From Gnetum montanum (lineage: Eukaryota; Plantae; Gnetophyta), in contig MNCI01000270.1 in the NCBI GenBank assembly GCA_015680685.1, positions 691,854 to 755,853 on the forward strand: a stretch of DNA of 64,000 bases. The letters run 5' to 3'. The translations under genes and the position numbers were made by a program. The notes under the pieces are model-generated. The model did not search any database. It was not told the DNA's origin and worked only from the letters and a program-made list of their open reading frames with translations. Below, in pieces: positions 39,517-52,251 of the stretch; the first letter of the stretch is position 1, and each line of letters starts with the position of its first letter.

Positions 39517-42000
39517 AATCTGAATCTTTGTTGTTGTACTAGTGGCCACACACTATTATTTGTGTCTTTTCTATGTCTCTAACAGCAAAAGCTTTAAATT
39601 GGTATTACACACTTCCACATGCCTCCATCTCAACACTAGAGGAGCTGCTAACCCAGTTCATGACCTACTTCAAGTATAACTTGAAGCCCAAAGTCATGCT
39701 GGATCAGTTGATGGGCATTAAGCAAGACCCGCTAGAGTTGGTTCAAATGTTTATACAGTGGTGGAGTGCTACCTTGAATAAGATCTATAAGCCTATCGCA
39801 GAGGCCCATTTTTTGGCCATCTTCATGTGGGTGGTAAATGATTTCATCAAATCCAAGTTGTACTACCTAGCCCCATGCTCTCTCATTTAAGCTTTCACCT
39901 AGACAAAGAGCATCAAAGATGTAGCCAAAGTTAGTAAAGACCTGGCTTATGTTGCATACAAAAATGCATATACCAGAAAAGACAAAGAGAAGGGCAAAGC
40001 CACAATGGCCACTATGGCAAACAAGGCAAATCTCAATAGCAATAATAACAAAAAGGTGGCCACAATGTCAACTTATCCCATGCCTAGTTCAAGTAACATT
40101 TCCCAACCCTCCACGTCAGCACCAGAGGCATCAACCTAGCCTAAACCCAACTTCAATTGTAAAGATTGCTCCAAATACACCCCTTTTTCCATCAAGCCTT
40201 TAGAACTCTTGAAGCAATTGTTGGGGGTTGGGTATATTCAACATAAAAAGATGTCGAAGGAGGCAACCAAACAACATCAATGGTATTGTGATCTCCTTAG
40301 GAACCCCTCCTTGGCTATGCCCAATGAACTACCAGTTCCTAAGAACTTCAAACTAGAACGGTTCTGTGACTACCATCAACTTTGTGGTCATGACATGGAT
40401 TACTATCTAGCATTAAAAGATGACATCCAATGGATGATTGATTAGGGGAAGTTAGTTCTAGATGAAAGAAACCCTGTCAGCCTTGAAAATCAATCCATGC
40501 ACTTTTACAAGGATCCCCTCCATGCTAACAATGTGGGGTACATTATCAACACGATTGGCTTAGATAGTAACCCATAACTGCTACAGTAGCCATTTGTGAT
40601 TCGTGTGCCTCAACGTAGCATAGCAACACCAACAATAGTAAAAAAGATGCCGCAATAGCCATTCATCCTGAAGGTTCCCCCTCAGACATTTGCCCTTGCA
40701 CCCTTCATATTCAAGACTGCATTGTTGCTTGTGCTAACGCCACAAGCACCATTTGTCATTAGGGGGCCAAAACACTCAACTTCCCCCATCACACAAAGCC
40801 AATCTAAGACGACATCATAGCCTTCCTATTCAAAGAAATGGGAAGAGCATTTGATGAATGAAATGTCCAAGGAATGTACCGCTTGAGGTTCCCCCAAGCC
40901 TAGCCCCTCGTCCTCCATGCTTATGTCCCCCTCATCATCAATAGTTGATGCCACTACATGTACACAATCATCGCCATCCCATCCAAAAGGGTCTAGCCCC
41001 AAACCTGAAACTGCTACTCCTCAAGAAATTCATCTTCTAGGACAAATGGATGAAGAGAAGGATAACAACCAACAAGAAAGTGGACAGGACCTTCTAGACA
41101 TCCTTACTCAAGTCAAACAGGCTCTAAAACAAAAGAATACAACCTTGAGCATGTAAGACCTGGTAATGACCTCCACTATACACTGCGAGGCCTTGATTTA
41201 CATGTTAATGTCCATATCGTTTGACAAAAACATGCCGAAAGAGAAGAAAGGAATCCATGTGGTCATGCTTCCTTCTACACTCGAAGAACCGTGGCCAGCT
41301 CAGTTGACATTTTGTGATGAGTCCATCAAGGATAACCTTGAGAAGTGCCAGGCCACAATAGCACCCCTATTCATCACAATTTGGGTTGGTCAGCATAAGA
41401 TCTGAAGAGTACATTTTGATGATGGGGCTGCTACAAATGTCATCTTGTTCCCCATAGTGGACAAATTGGGTTTGGTGGATCAAATCAAACCCACGATAAC
41501 CTCATGTCTGAATTCATTTATCAGAGCATGGGTAGTGGTAAAGGGGACTATCCACATTAACTTTATGGTAGGAGAGCAGTTCCCCACAAGTGCAACATTC
41601 ATCATGGTAGAAGAGATGCCTAGGTTTAACTTGATCTTGGGGAGGTCGTGGTTAGCCTAACTCAGGTCCATCTCTTCATCCATACATCAAGAAATCCACC
41701 TACCTTACGTAGGTAGGGAGGTGGTGATTTACGGTCATGAAGCCAACACCCAAGCAATAAACAATGTTGACATACAGCAAGGTTCAGAAGTAATAACCTC
41801 TGAGAATGAAATGCCTATCTCCACTGAAGCTTCTTTTCTAGAAAATGAGCTAGCCCAAGATGCTAGCTGAGAAAATAAAACTACATGGGCCAAATTACCT
41901 TTTCAAGAAATAGATAACGATATAGAAGAATACTGCAACAAAGCCACTCAGCCTTATGCATCATCGAGCCCATGATGGGTCAGAAAGTAGCTGCGAGCAT
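39517..42000 (+). pseudogene. gag: Element D gag remainder plus protease
   Basis: SLTAKALNWYYTLPHASISTLEEL, FCDYHQLCGHDMDY, HFDDGAATNV, FNLILGRSWL. Confidence 0.9.
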
Positions 42001-42169
42001 AATTGTTACTTGCGTAGTGTAACAACTCCACTGTGTCAGAAAAAATTAATGCTTATCATATGTTTATTCTTTGTTTGCTTCACATTCGTTCATTTACATT
42101 AAGTGTCCACCTCATTCTTTAAACTTTTCACATCACATCCACTATTTACATCATGCCACAGCCCACTAA

Positions 42170-42290
42170 GGCCTAAAATTGGCAAACATTTTCTTTACCA
42201 TCATGCGATGGCCTAAAATGGCCTAAAACAAGCAATGGCTTAGAATGGCCTAGAACTATTGTTGTGGCCCAAAATGGCCTAGAACTAAAA
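42170..42290. repeat. aaatggcctaaaac/agaac array after the D gag-pro
   Basis: Repeated ggcctaaaa/ggcctagaa units. Confidence 0.8.
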
Positions 42291-43412
42291 CGAGATGCTC
42301 CCAAGGAGTTTAATTAATAAAAAAAGATAAAGAATAAAATGAAAAATAAATACACCACATAAGCCAAAATGAAATAAATCTCTTCATATTCCATTTTTTT
42401 CTTTCAAAATATTAATTAGTAATGTCATTCATTGAGTATCACCCATGGGAAAGGTCATTTCCCTTTTGGGAGATTCATTGACTATCACCTATTACATAAA
42501 CCTTTCGTATGCCCTATAGGCATCCTGATATTGTTTACTGTAGGTGGAACGTTCTAGTTTATACATGTGTTTGTGGTTTTTTTGTGCCTACCCCCACTCA
42601 TAAACTTTTGCACTATAGTCCTTCTAGTCTTGGTTTTTCTGAGCTAGTAGGTCCATTTGCAAGCACTATTCTATTATTTCATGAGTGGCCTCATTGTTGT
42701 GTCTCATGGTCATCCAATTCCTTGCGTAGTCGATGACATCCATGCGCCAACTGCCATCATTAGTATTTTGGGCCAACAAGAATTCATTCTTGGATTGGAG
42801 ATCTTCCACCTCAGTGGTGAGATTGGCCTTCTCCTTCTCAAGCCTCTGTACCCATTTCTAGAGGTCTTCATTCACACACTTGCACTCCCACAAGGGGCGT
42901 GCCAAGTATAGCACACATTGTCTTATTTCGTTGTATATGCAATGAGGTACTTCGATCACCTCCAGTGGAAATTCAAGCATGGCGTCAACCTCAACCACTT
43001 TCTTAGGGTCCCACTTAAGATGAGAGGCTACCAACTACACATAGAAAGGCATTAGTCACAGTGGCATAGTGAAGTAAAAACAATTTAGAGAGTCTAGCGT
43101 AGCAACTTTAACTTATCCACTTCCGGGTGGATCTACTTCAGATGGTTGATCATGTTGTCAACCATCCCCTCCATGAAAGTAAATTTGTTGAGGGTCTCAG
43201 TCCATGGTCACAAGTGAATCAAGGAAGGCCCAAAGGTATCAACAGTGGTGTCAGCTGCATAGTGAAACGTGTTAGCCATAATGGAGAGGAATCATGATAA
43301 AGCTGATGAACAAAATAAATGATAGTGTAAAGTTCCTATCCACCAAACCTTCATGATAAAGCTAATGAACAAAATAAATGATAGTGTAAAGTTCCTATCC
43401 ACCAAACCTTCA

Positions 43413-43517
43413 NNNNNNNNNNNNNNNNNNNNNNNNNNNNNNNNNNNNNNNNNNNNNNNNNNNNNNNNNNNNNNNNNNNNNNNNNNNNNNNNNNNNNNNN
43501 NNNNNNNNNNNNNNNNN
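43413..43517. other. Assembly gap (N run)
   Basis: Run of Ns preceded by a near-exact 60-bp duplication. Confidence 0.98.
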
Positions 43518-43693
43518 AGGGGTAGGGGGGGCATGGGGGTCATCAATCAACATACTATCAAATATGCAATCAAACTTACCAGCATCAAAATGAAGCCCCT
43601 CTCCTTCTAGCTAACCCAACAACATAGCAGCATCCTCAATGCTCATGTGCCCCTTCGGTATTGAACTACTTTCCGCAAAAGGATCATCAGCAG

Positions 43694-45130
43694 TGAAACA
43701 CCCCAAAATTTAGAGACATGCTTGTGATTCATGCAGCGTTATAGTAGTTCTTCAAGAGATGGATGCTTTGATTTTTAGACTGTTTGCTTCAGCAAGTTTT
43801 CTAAGTCAAGGTGTCTTGCTTCGCTATGCTATGCCATGTAGCATAGCAAACTTTTGAAGACGTTTGTAGAAGCACAATGTTATGCTACGCAACATAGCAC
43901 AACGTAGCAAAAGCTAGATGATCAGTCCCTTTGCCTGACTTCAAGTCCTTCAGCAATGTCTCCTTCCGTTAAAAAGTGGTGAACTTTGTAAAAACAAGCC
44001 ATGTTTGCTGCTACGCTACACTAAGCTACAAGGTGCAGCAATTCTATGAAAGTGACAAAAGGCAACTTGGGGCAGGATCAACAAGTTCGCAAGTTTCGTA
44101 AAAAGGCAAATTTTGTAGATTGGTGACATTTTTTGTGACTAAGGCTAGTTGCTACACTATCATACGCTGCGTATCGTAGCATAGCATGGAAAAAATGTGA
44201 CAAATAGTTAGTGCAGTTTAAGGTTTTCTAACACACGCAGCAGGACACAATGCAAGTTTCTGACTTCAAACCAGTAGTGATGCTACAGTACACTACATAG
44301 CGTAGCACAACGTAACAAGATTCTACGCCACACCAAACATGCTACACTACAAAGCATCAAACTATGGCAAGCAGTTATGCAACATCAATGCACTTCACCT
44401 AATTGCACCATTGCTCTAACAGCATAATTATGACATGGAAGGCTCATAATTATGGCATGGCAGGCTTGCCCAACAGTCATATAGGCACGTGCAACATAGA
44501 CATGTTAGCATAAGCCCAAGGCATGTGGCATCCAAACCACATCTTTCATGCACCCTTGGTCCTATAAATGCCCCAATAAGCAACGTTTAAACTCTCTCTA
44601 GATTTTTTATCTCTTGCATGTTTTCTTCTCTCTGGTTCTCTCTCTCTCTGCTCCTCTTTTTTTGAACTTTTCGATCTAAGGGACTTCCTTTGTAGCTTCT
44701 CAGTCCCTAGTCTGTTATCTTGACAATCTGGTTGGCTAATAGTCTGGTTGGCTGACAAGAGAAAAGGTTGGAACTGTAACCTCAAGCATTGTAAGCTTTC
44801 TATTTGACATTGTAAATAGTTAGCATTTTCAGTTGGCATTCTATTCTGTTCTTTTCTACCACCTTGGTAGAACTTCGTATTGTTGATGACTGATTCCACA
44901 TTCGAGCACATAGCCGCCTTGCTCTACACGTCTTAGTTACTCTCAGGATCTCTGCACTTCTCAGTACTATGCAACTAATTGTATCCATCTTGACAGAGTG
45001 AGTTCATAGCTTCAAAGTAGTGCATTTTTCTAACTACATTGTACTTTATCTCCTGTTTACTATTGCATTTTACACTATTTTTTTGTCTCTTTTGCATTTA
45101 AGCATTACTTCATGCTACCAGTCTCATTTT
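43694..45130 (+). repeat. 3'-truncated LTR inserted in the D accessory gene
   Basis: Starts tgaaacaccccaaaattt, TATAAAT at 44563, homologous to 9421-10597; joins PMD-exon sequence at ~45131. Confidence 0.85.
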
Positions 45131-47907
45131 GGGAAGTCTTGAGATGGGGTGGTATGGAAGACTTGGCAAATGCACAACTTGGAAATTTGGCTATGCTCTT
45201 GTAGTACCCAGACCCCATTCTCGCGAACTATCAAGAATTACACAAAACACCGAAGGCAGGCTATGAAGAAGGCATGATGCATGTTGAAACAGGACTCAAT
45301 CTTCCCATGGAGCTTGACCATTTTAGCTTACAAGCCTTTGCAAAGTTGTTTGGCCCAATTGTAATGAGTCCCCTCTTCCATGACATCCCTCATTATCCAA
45401 GCCTACTCAATTCCAAGGATTTTTCCTTTGAAGAGTAACTTGGGAAAGGCACGATCATGGAAGATAAGGTAAATCATTTTGGCCACCCATAGCCTGACCT
45501 TCTCAATGTAGATTTCCTTTCAATCCTTTACTGCCCCTAGCCACTCCTCAATGTCCTCCTGATGGTTTGCATCTTTCTTCTATTTTTCTCCTACGAGGAG
45601 ACCATCAGAAGGGACATCGAAAAGATTCGCAAACAATTGATCGTTGATTTCAAACACCACTTGCACACCGTGAACACGTGTGTGGAAGTGGTTTGCCTTC
45701 TCAAGGAAATAGTTGGATAGGAAAAGCATTTTGGTAGGTAGGACGTTTGGGCTGATGACCAAAAATAAGTCCATGAGCCTAGCCTCCTGAAGGTTGTGGA
45801 CAAGTGTGGTTGGGGCCCCATTGCAGAGCCAACACTGGGTCTCCTCCACCTCCCTATACTTGAAAAAGAGGTTGGCTTCATTGTGCCCAGAGGTTATCAT
45901 AGTCACATCTTGGGATTTCCTCACCATTGAAATGGTTTACAAAATACAAGATGAAAGTTAGAAAAAAAATGATCACTCGAACATGTAACAGTGAATTCAC
46001 AATTTAGCGTAATAGGTTTTAATGGCGTGGGAAATGGTGGGAGATCCACCAACATATCTTCAACGGTGAGCGACCTAAGGGATGCCCACTTTCTATCCAA
46101 CCAACCAGCTTCTTTACACTTCCCATAAAATTGGGAATACCAGGCCAGATAGGTTTTGAACTCATCCCCAAATTGGCCTATTATGCCGACACACATATTC
46201 CCAGTAGAGGAAAAATCTTGCAAGGCCATTTGTGCCAACACCAATGCATTTGTATCACCGTGGAGACCACTCCTGTCAATAAAAAACTTGGAAACAAAAA
46301 TATATATATATATATATACACTGTTAATACCTGTGTCTAGCATATCATGGATTACACAACATGATAAAATACCTTCATAGAACTCACCCGTTGGCATAAT
46401 AAATGGTTGTAGGTGGGTTCTAAAAGTAGGTGCCTGTGTGATAGGCAATGAATAACATGTTGTAGAAGTGATAGCACTTATACTTAGGCATCTCCCAAAT
46501 CCAACATAAGCATCTCAAGCCTTTTGGATGTTGGTTGGAATCTTCTGCCTAATCATCCTCGATTGACCCATCAGTGAAAAATTTAAAAAATGCCTTGATT
46601 TGCCCCAAGAAATAGGGTTTCTATGATTACAGCTGCTATCTCTGCTGATAAGTGTGACCAAACAATCACACTAAAATGGTGGAGGAGGAACTATAGGAAG
46701 TCCCGTGCACCCTCCTAGAACCAGATTTCCTGTTGCCCCACATATGCATGGGGAAGAGGAACATTGACCACCAGTTCGCTAAGGTAGCAAAAAACTACCA
46801 CAATCTCTAGGATAAGTAGAATGGGCTTCAACATGACCCTGCACAACAAAACATCAAATTTCAGCACTATGCACAAGTGAAGTTTACATGTAGCGTAGCG
46901 TAACCCTTTGATTACATATAGCATAGCATGATACTTTCTTTTCATGTAGCGTAGCATGATCTCTCAGTTGCAAATCTCTCTCTAAAAAAATAGAATAAAA
47001 ATCATAGGCAACATAGCAACATGATACGCATAGTGTAGCATAGTCATCAAGCCTCAAATAGTGCAACAATATAGCAAAGGAACAAAAACAAATAGATGTG
47101 CAACAACATTACAATGTAGTCAACATATTACCATGACAAGCATGGCAACGTAGCAAACTTAATAGAAATAAATCCAGCAACATAACGGTGTTGCAAATTC
47201 AATAGCGTAGCAATGCGAAAAACCTAAAAGACCTTACGACACACTGACATAGTGTAATAAAAATATTACAAAATTCAGAAAAGAAAGAATTCACTATGCT
47301 ATAGCCATCTCAACCATACTCTTGCCATACAAAATAACTCATGCTACACTATGTTAAACAAGTGTCATGTAGTCAAATCTTGTAGATAGCCAAACCCTCC
47401 TTAGGGAGGTACACTATGCATGCACTAAGCTATCCAAAATTACCCAAACCCCTATGACAAGGATTTTGCAACAATGACGGTCGAGGCAATACTACATGTA
47501 GCTATAGCATAATGTCTGTGCAGCCGCTACGGCCAACCAACAATAGCAGTGGCGTAGCAACCAAAACGGCAACCAAAATAATGGAAAAAGGCATAGATTT
47601 CATTACAATAATAATTATTATAGTTTGAAAAAGAAGGGTGGTATAGTAACTTACGGAGTAGATGGAGCCTCCTCCCGTAGTTCAACACACACATTGGATA
47701 GGTTCCCCAAAGTGTCCTTTACCTTGTCCACGTTTACAAGTCCTCGGTGTTTTCGTTTGCCTTTAGGCACCATTGTCTCACTCGCAAATTCTCTGTTAAC
47801 TGCTATGCTACACTACTTCACTTTCTCTTGGCACGACTATGCTATGCTCTGGATGTGGGCTCTGCACTCTGACAATGAAAACAACAAGTTTACTAGGGGT
47901 AAACTAC

Positions 47908-48046
47908 TATTTATAGTTAATGCAATGAAAAGAACTTGCCATTTTTGCACCCTGAGTAATGCGGCATGTCCCATATAACATAGCACTACTATGTCACAAT
48001 CCCACTATATTGTAGCATCATTGTTTGTAGCATAACAGGTGGGCCC
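47908..48046 (-). promoter_or_regulatory. Putative promoter of the antisense accessory gene (D): TATA box plus GGTGGGCCC motif
   Basis: TATAAATA on - at 47908-47915, ~135 nt upstream of the ATG; same layout in E. Confidence 0.6.
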
Positions 48047-48514
48047 AACCGAAAATTTCATCTCACCTTGAATTAGCAACCTACATTTACAAAGCCTACT
48101 CACCACGGTCTAGAAAGACCTTAAACTAGTGACTTTAGTTCTTGAACTCCACCCGTTAACAGTTTGCTAAGACCTTAAACTAGCAACCTCGATTTACATT
48201 TTAATGTACACTGTAGCATGAGTACAGTCCACCATGACCTTAAACTAGTAGCCTTAGTATCCATTTTGTATTTTAAACTAGATTTCACAATGTTATGGTC
48301 CACCACGACCTTAAATTGGCAAAGTTAATGTCCCTTGCATGTTCAAACCCGTTCATGGTCCACCAAGACCTTAAATTGATAACTTGCGAACTTAGCCAAA
48401 TAGTTGACAATTATTTCATGTTTCATTATTGCTTTGCAAATGGTTATTATGTGCTATTGCTACAAATAGGTATCACTTGACTTGGATTTTTCTTATTGTG
48501 GCAGGTTGAACAAA

Positions 48515-50119
48515 ATGGCCATGCAGCGTGATCTACATTCAATTTTAACCCTGACAGGTCCTCATGGCAAGCTTGCAAGACATCTAAACTTAGAGTCAAT
48601 AGACTAGGAATCATCCACTGATAACATTGTAGTGTCCCAAGAAACATCCCTAGATTGGCCTAAACATTTGGTCCAAGCCTTAGACTTAAAGGTTGGGGAT
48701 GTGATCGAGGACCCTCTTACTAAAGTACTTATAACGACATCTAGGGGGAAAATAAGGACACTAAAACTTAGCTCCCTTCTAGATCAACAAATGCAAAAGT
48801 ATGTATCTAAGGTTCTCCAAGATAACATTAAAGTGTTTGCGTAGTCCTATAATGACATGCTAGGCTTAGACCCATGGTTAATACAGCATAACATTATCTT
48901 AGACCCACGTATCAAACTAGTTAAACAAAATGCTTGAAAAATTAAACCAGAAATCACACTAGTCATACGTGATGCAATTACCAAGCTATATCAAGAAGGC
49001 TTCATCCACATGGTCGGTTACTCAGAGTGGACATCAAACATTGTTTTAGTCTCTAGGAAAATGGGAGGTATATGAATTTGTATAGACTTTCTAGATCTAA
49101 CCAAAGCAATGATTAAAGATGATTTCCCACTACCATGTATTGATCAACTTATCGACACTATGGCTAGTCATGCTTTATTATCCTTTATGGATGGGTTCTT
49201 GGGTTACAATCAAATTCACTTCAATCTAGAGCATTAGTTGAAGACTACTTTCATGATCCCTTGGGGAATCTTTTGTTACACTATGATGCCCTTTGGTCTC
49301 AAAAATGCCGGAGCAACCTATCAACGAGCCATGACGTACATATTTAGCAACTACCTCTTAGAGAGACTAAACGATTACATGGATGACATAGCACTCAAGT
49401 CTAAGATAGCTATTGATCATCCCACCAATCTAGATGTAGTCCTCACGTGTTGTCATAGGCAAGACTTGCATCTCAATCTAAAGAAATGTGTTTTTGGAGT
49501 TAAAATCAAACACATGCTAGGATTTGTAGTATCAAAAGCTGGAATATGAGTGGACCCTAACAAAGTTAAGGCCATCATTAACCTAGCACCCCATACCAAC
49601 CTTAAAGAATTACACAAGTTGCAAGGTAGAATATAGTTTATCAGAAGGTTTATAGCAAAGTTGACCGACAAGTTACATCCCATGCAACACTTGTTAAAGA
49701 AAGGGCTTAACTTTGAGTGGACAACACAGTGTCAACAAGCCTTCGATAACTTAAAGAAAGAGCTTTTGCACCTCCCAATTATTTACCCACCACAGACGGA
49801 TAAGCCTTTCTACATTTACCTTGCCACTTCAAACATGTCTTTCATAGCACTATTATGCTAGAAAAGAGAGGACAACTTTGAAATCCTAGTTTATTACTTG
49901 AGTCATGCATTGATAGCATACGAAGCAAAATAAAATAAAGTAGAAAGGAATTATCTTGCCCTAGTATTTGTGCTAAAAAAGTGGAGACACTACTTTTTCC
50001 ATAGCTAGGTTAACATTATATGCAAGAGCAACATACTTCAGGCTATCACGAACAACTTATATGAAAGTAGCAGGATAGCCCAATGGAAAGCTATAACAGT
50101 GAAATTTGATTTACACTAT
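48515..50119 (+). pseudogene. pol: Element D pol: RT plus RNase H, cut by E
   Basis: IKDDFPLPCIDQL, LSFMDG, MPFGLKNAGATYQRAM, YMDD, KKCVFG, LGFVVS, KKWRHY. Confidence 0.95.
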
Positions 50120-51843
50120 TGAAACACCCTAAATTTCAAGGAATTCTTGCTTTACCAGGGTCCTAAAAATGAGGCAAACATTTCTACAAGTGTAGCCTCA
50201 TGGCAGTTTGGTAGGAAATGGATGCTCTGAGTTTAGATTGTCTAGTTTGGAAAATTTTCTACTCCCAATGTTGATAGGCTCAATAGACCCTTTAGCCTAC
50301 CCATCTGGGTAATTCACCCAGCTGACAGTTTACTCAGAAACCATGCTCAAAGATGTCGGCAGTGCTCAGGATGCGTGAAATAGTTCAGTAAGTTTTCTAG
50401 TCAAGAATTTTGCTACGCTACGCTATGCTATGTAGCCTAGCAAGCCTCGAAAGATAGTTGCTCAAGCAACCAAACTATTGTAGAACAAAGTACTATGCTA
50501 TGCTATGCTACGCAGTGTAGCATAGTATAGAAAAGGCAAAACAAAAAGGCTTAGCTTACCGATTAATCCCAGTTGCACTTGGCAAGCACTTCAACCTTCA
50601 AAACTAGTTACCTTGTTCAAATTTAAGTCCTTACTAGAGCTTCTCATCAGAAAATGGTGGATTGAGCAAAAAGCAGGCTATGTTGGCTGCTACACTACAT
50701 AGCATAGCATAGCGTAGCGATGATGCAAGAAAAAACAAAAGGAATCTAGAGTGCAAGATTAGTAAGTTACAGTTGCAGTTGTTAGCATGATCAAGCTTCA
50801 AGAAAACATTTACAACTTCATCGTGGTTCGCAGATAAGGTCGGCATTGCGTAGCAAACATGAAGAGCTAGCCAAAACACTTCAAAGGCTTCCAGCACATG
50901 TAGTTAACTCCAATGCAAATTTCTTCTTCAAGCTGGTGGCTACGCTATGCTACGCTATGCTACGCTACATAGCATAGCAGAATGTAGCAAGAAGCTACAC
51001 TACACCAACATGCTACACTACATCAGTATGCTTCACTCATTATCTACATCATTGGCACATCTTATCCCAACATCTCTAGTTCCGACAGCGTAATTGCAGT
51101 GTGACAGGTTTATGATCGACTTTGCATGTTCATGTAGCATGGACACGTCAACATCTTCTGGATCTAGGACACGTGTCATCTAGGCCTCATTTCTTGCATC
51201 CTCCTACCCCTATAAATACCCTAACGAGCAATGCTTAAAGGGTTGACAAAATTTTGGGGTCAATGGCAACTTTGGTTGGCAATTTTGAGCATTGTTAGCG
51301 TTTGTTGTTGGCAAGTTAACAAACTTTAGTGATTGTTGATTAGCAAATTTGTGCAAGGGGTGGGCAAAAACAAATCCCCAGTTGACAAGTTGGCTTGGTA
51401 GCATTTCTCACTATTGGTTCTTAAGTTCATGTTTAAACACACAGGTTGCTTACTTTGAATGTCTTAGTTACTTTTGGGATCTCTATGCTTTCTAGTGTTA
51501 TACAACCGATTGTATCCATCTTGATAAAGTAAAGTTATAATCTTGAAGCGGTGCATTTCTTAACTCTAGTTGGCTTTATTTTCCTGTTTATCATTGCATT
51601 TTACATCATTTTTTGCTTCATCGTATTTAATAATTTTTATTTCATGCTATAAGAATTGTTTCTCAAAACAATGTTTACAAAAGTTTAAGTGACATTGACT
51701 AAGTCCTTATCTGATCAACCAGACCGTTCAGGGCACCCCACTTCCATTTTATCTTGCACGGCCCTCACACGGTTTTGGGGTTAAGACTGTCTGATCGATG
51801 ACCTCTCGATGTTTTTCAACCATTGACGTTTTCGGTCGCTATA
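50120..51843 (+). repeat. 5' LTR of element E
   Basis: tgaaacaccc...ggtcgctata; TATAAATA at 51211-51218. Confidence 0.9.
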
Positions 51844-51849
51844 GTTTTC

Positions 51850-51865
51850 TGGTGCTAGAAGGAGG
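51850..51865 (+). promoter_or_regulatory. PBS of E (tRNA-Asn type)
   Basis: tggtgctagaaggagg. Confidence 0.8.
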
Positions 51866-52251
51866 ATCTTTTAGTGTTTTTTTTGTGTTATAAGGTAGTC
51901 CTATAAGTGTTCTACACCCTGAAACACACTAGAGTAAATGTGATACCCTTTTGCAATTGTTTATGCATCGTGTGGTGCAAATTGGTTACTCCAATGGTTC
52001 CTTTGAAATCCTACAGGATATAAAGCCTCCAATCACCATTTGATGCCCTTGTTTCACCATAGTTTTGCATGCGTTTTATATCCCATCGCACACTAGCATA
52101 AATGTGATACCCTTTTATGGTCGTTTACGCATTGTGTGGTATAGATCAGTCACTCTAACAGTTCCTTTAGAATCCTACAAGACATAAAGCCTTTCATTGC
52201 CTCCTAATCTCCTTGGTTTTCCCATTTGCAAACCCTTTTAGCTTTACAACA

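Larger units (their letters stand above)
42420..47773 (-). pseudogene. Accessory gene copy D (with exon 1), disrupted by an LTR insertion, deletions and an assembly gap
   Basis: Exon 1 47655-47773 (MVPKGKRKHRGLVNVDKVK...) joins in phase to exon 2 46388-46838 (VMLKPILLILEIVVVF...); PMD-like INDQLFANLFDVPSDG at ~45600-45650. Confidence 0.75.
13159..50119 (+). mobile_element. Element D: Tat-lineage Ty3/gypsy LTR retrotransposon, interrupted by B, an LTR fragment and E
   Basis: LTR-PBS-gag (15239-16531) resumes at 39517 (...FRS|ESLLL), then protease, antisense gene and RT-RH, cut at 50119. Confidence 0.85.

Noticed and set aside
43291-43412. 60-bp tandem duplication
   Set aside because: Directly adjacent to the N gap; probably an assembly artefact.
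43596-43612. PBS-like ctccttctagc
   Set aside because: Lies inside an accessory-gene exon, lacks the terminal CCA match and has no adjacent LTR end.
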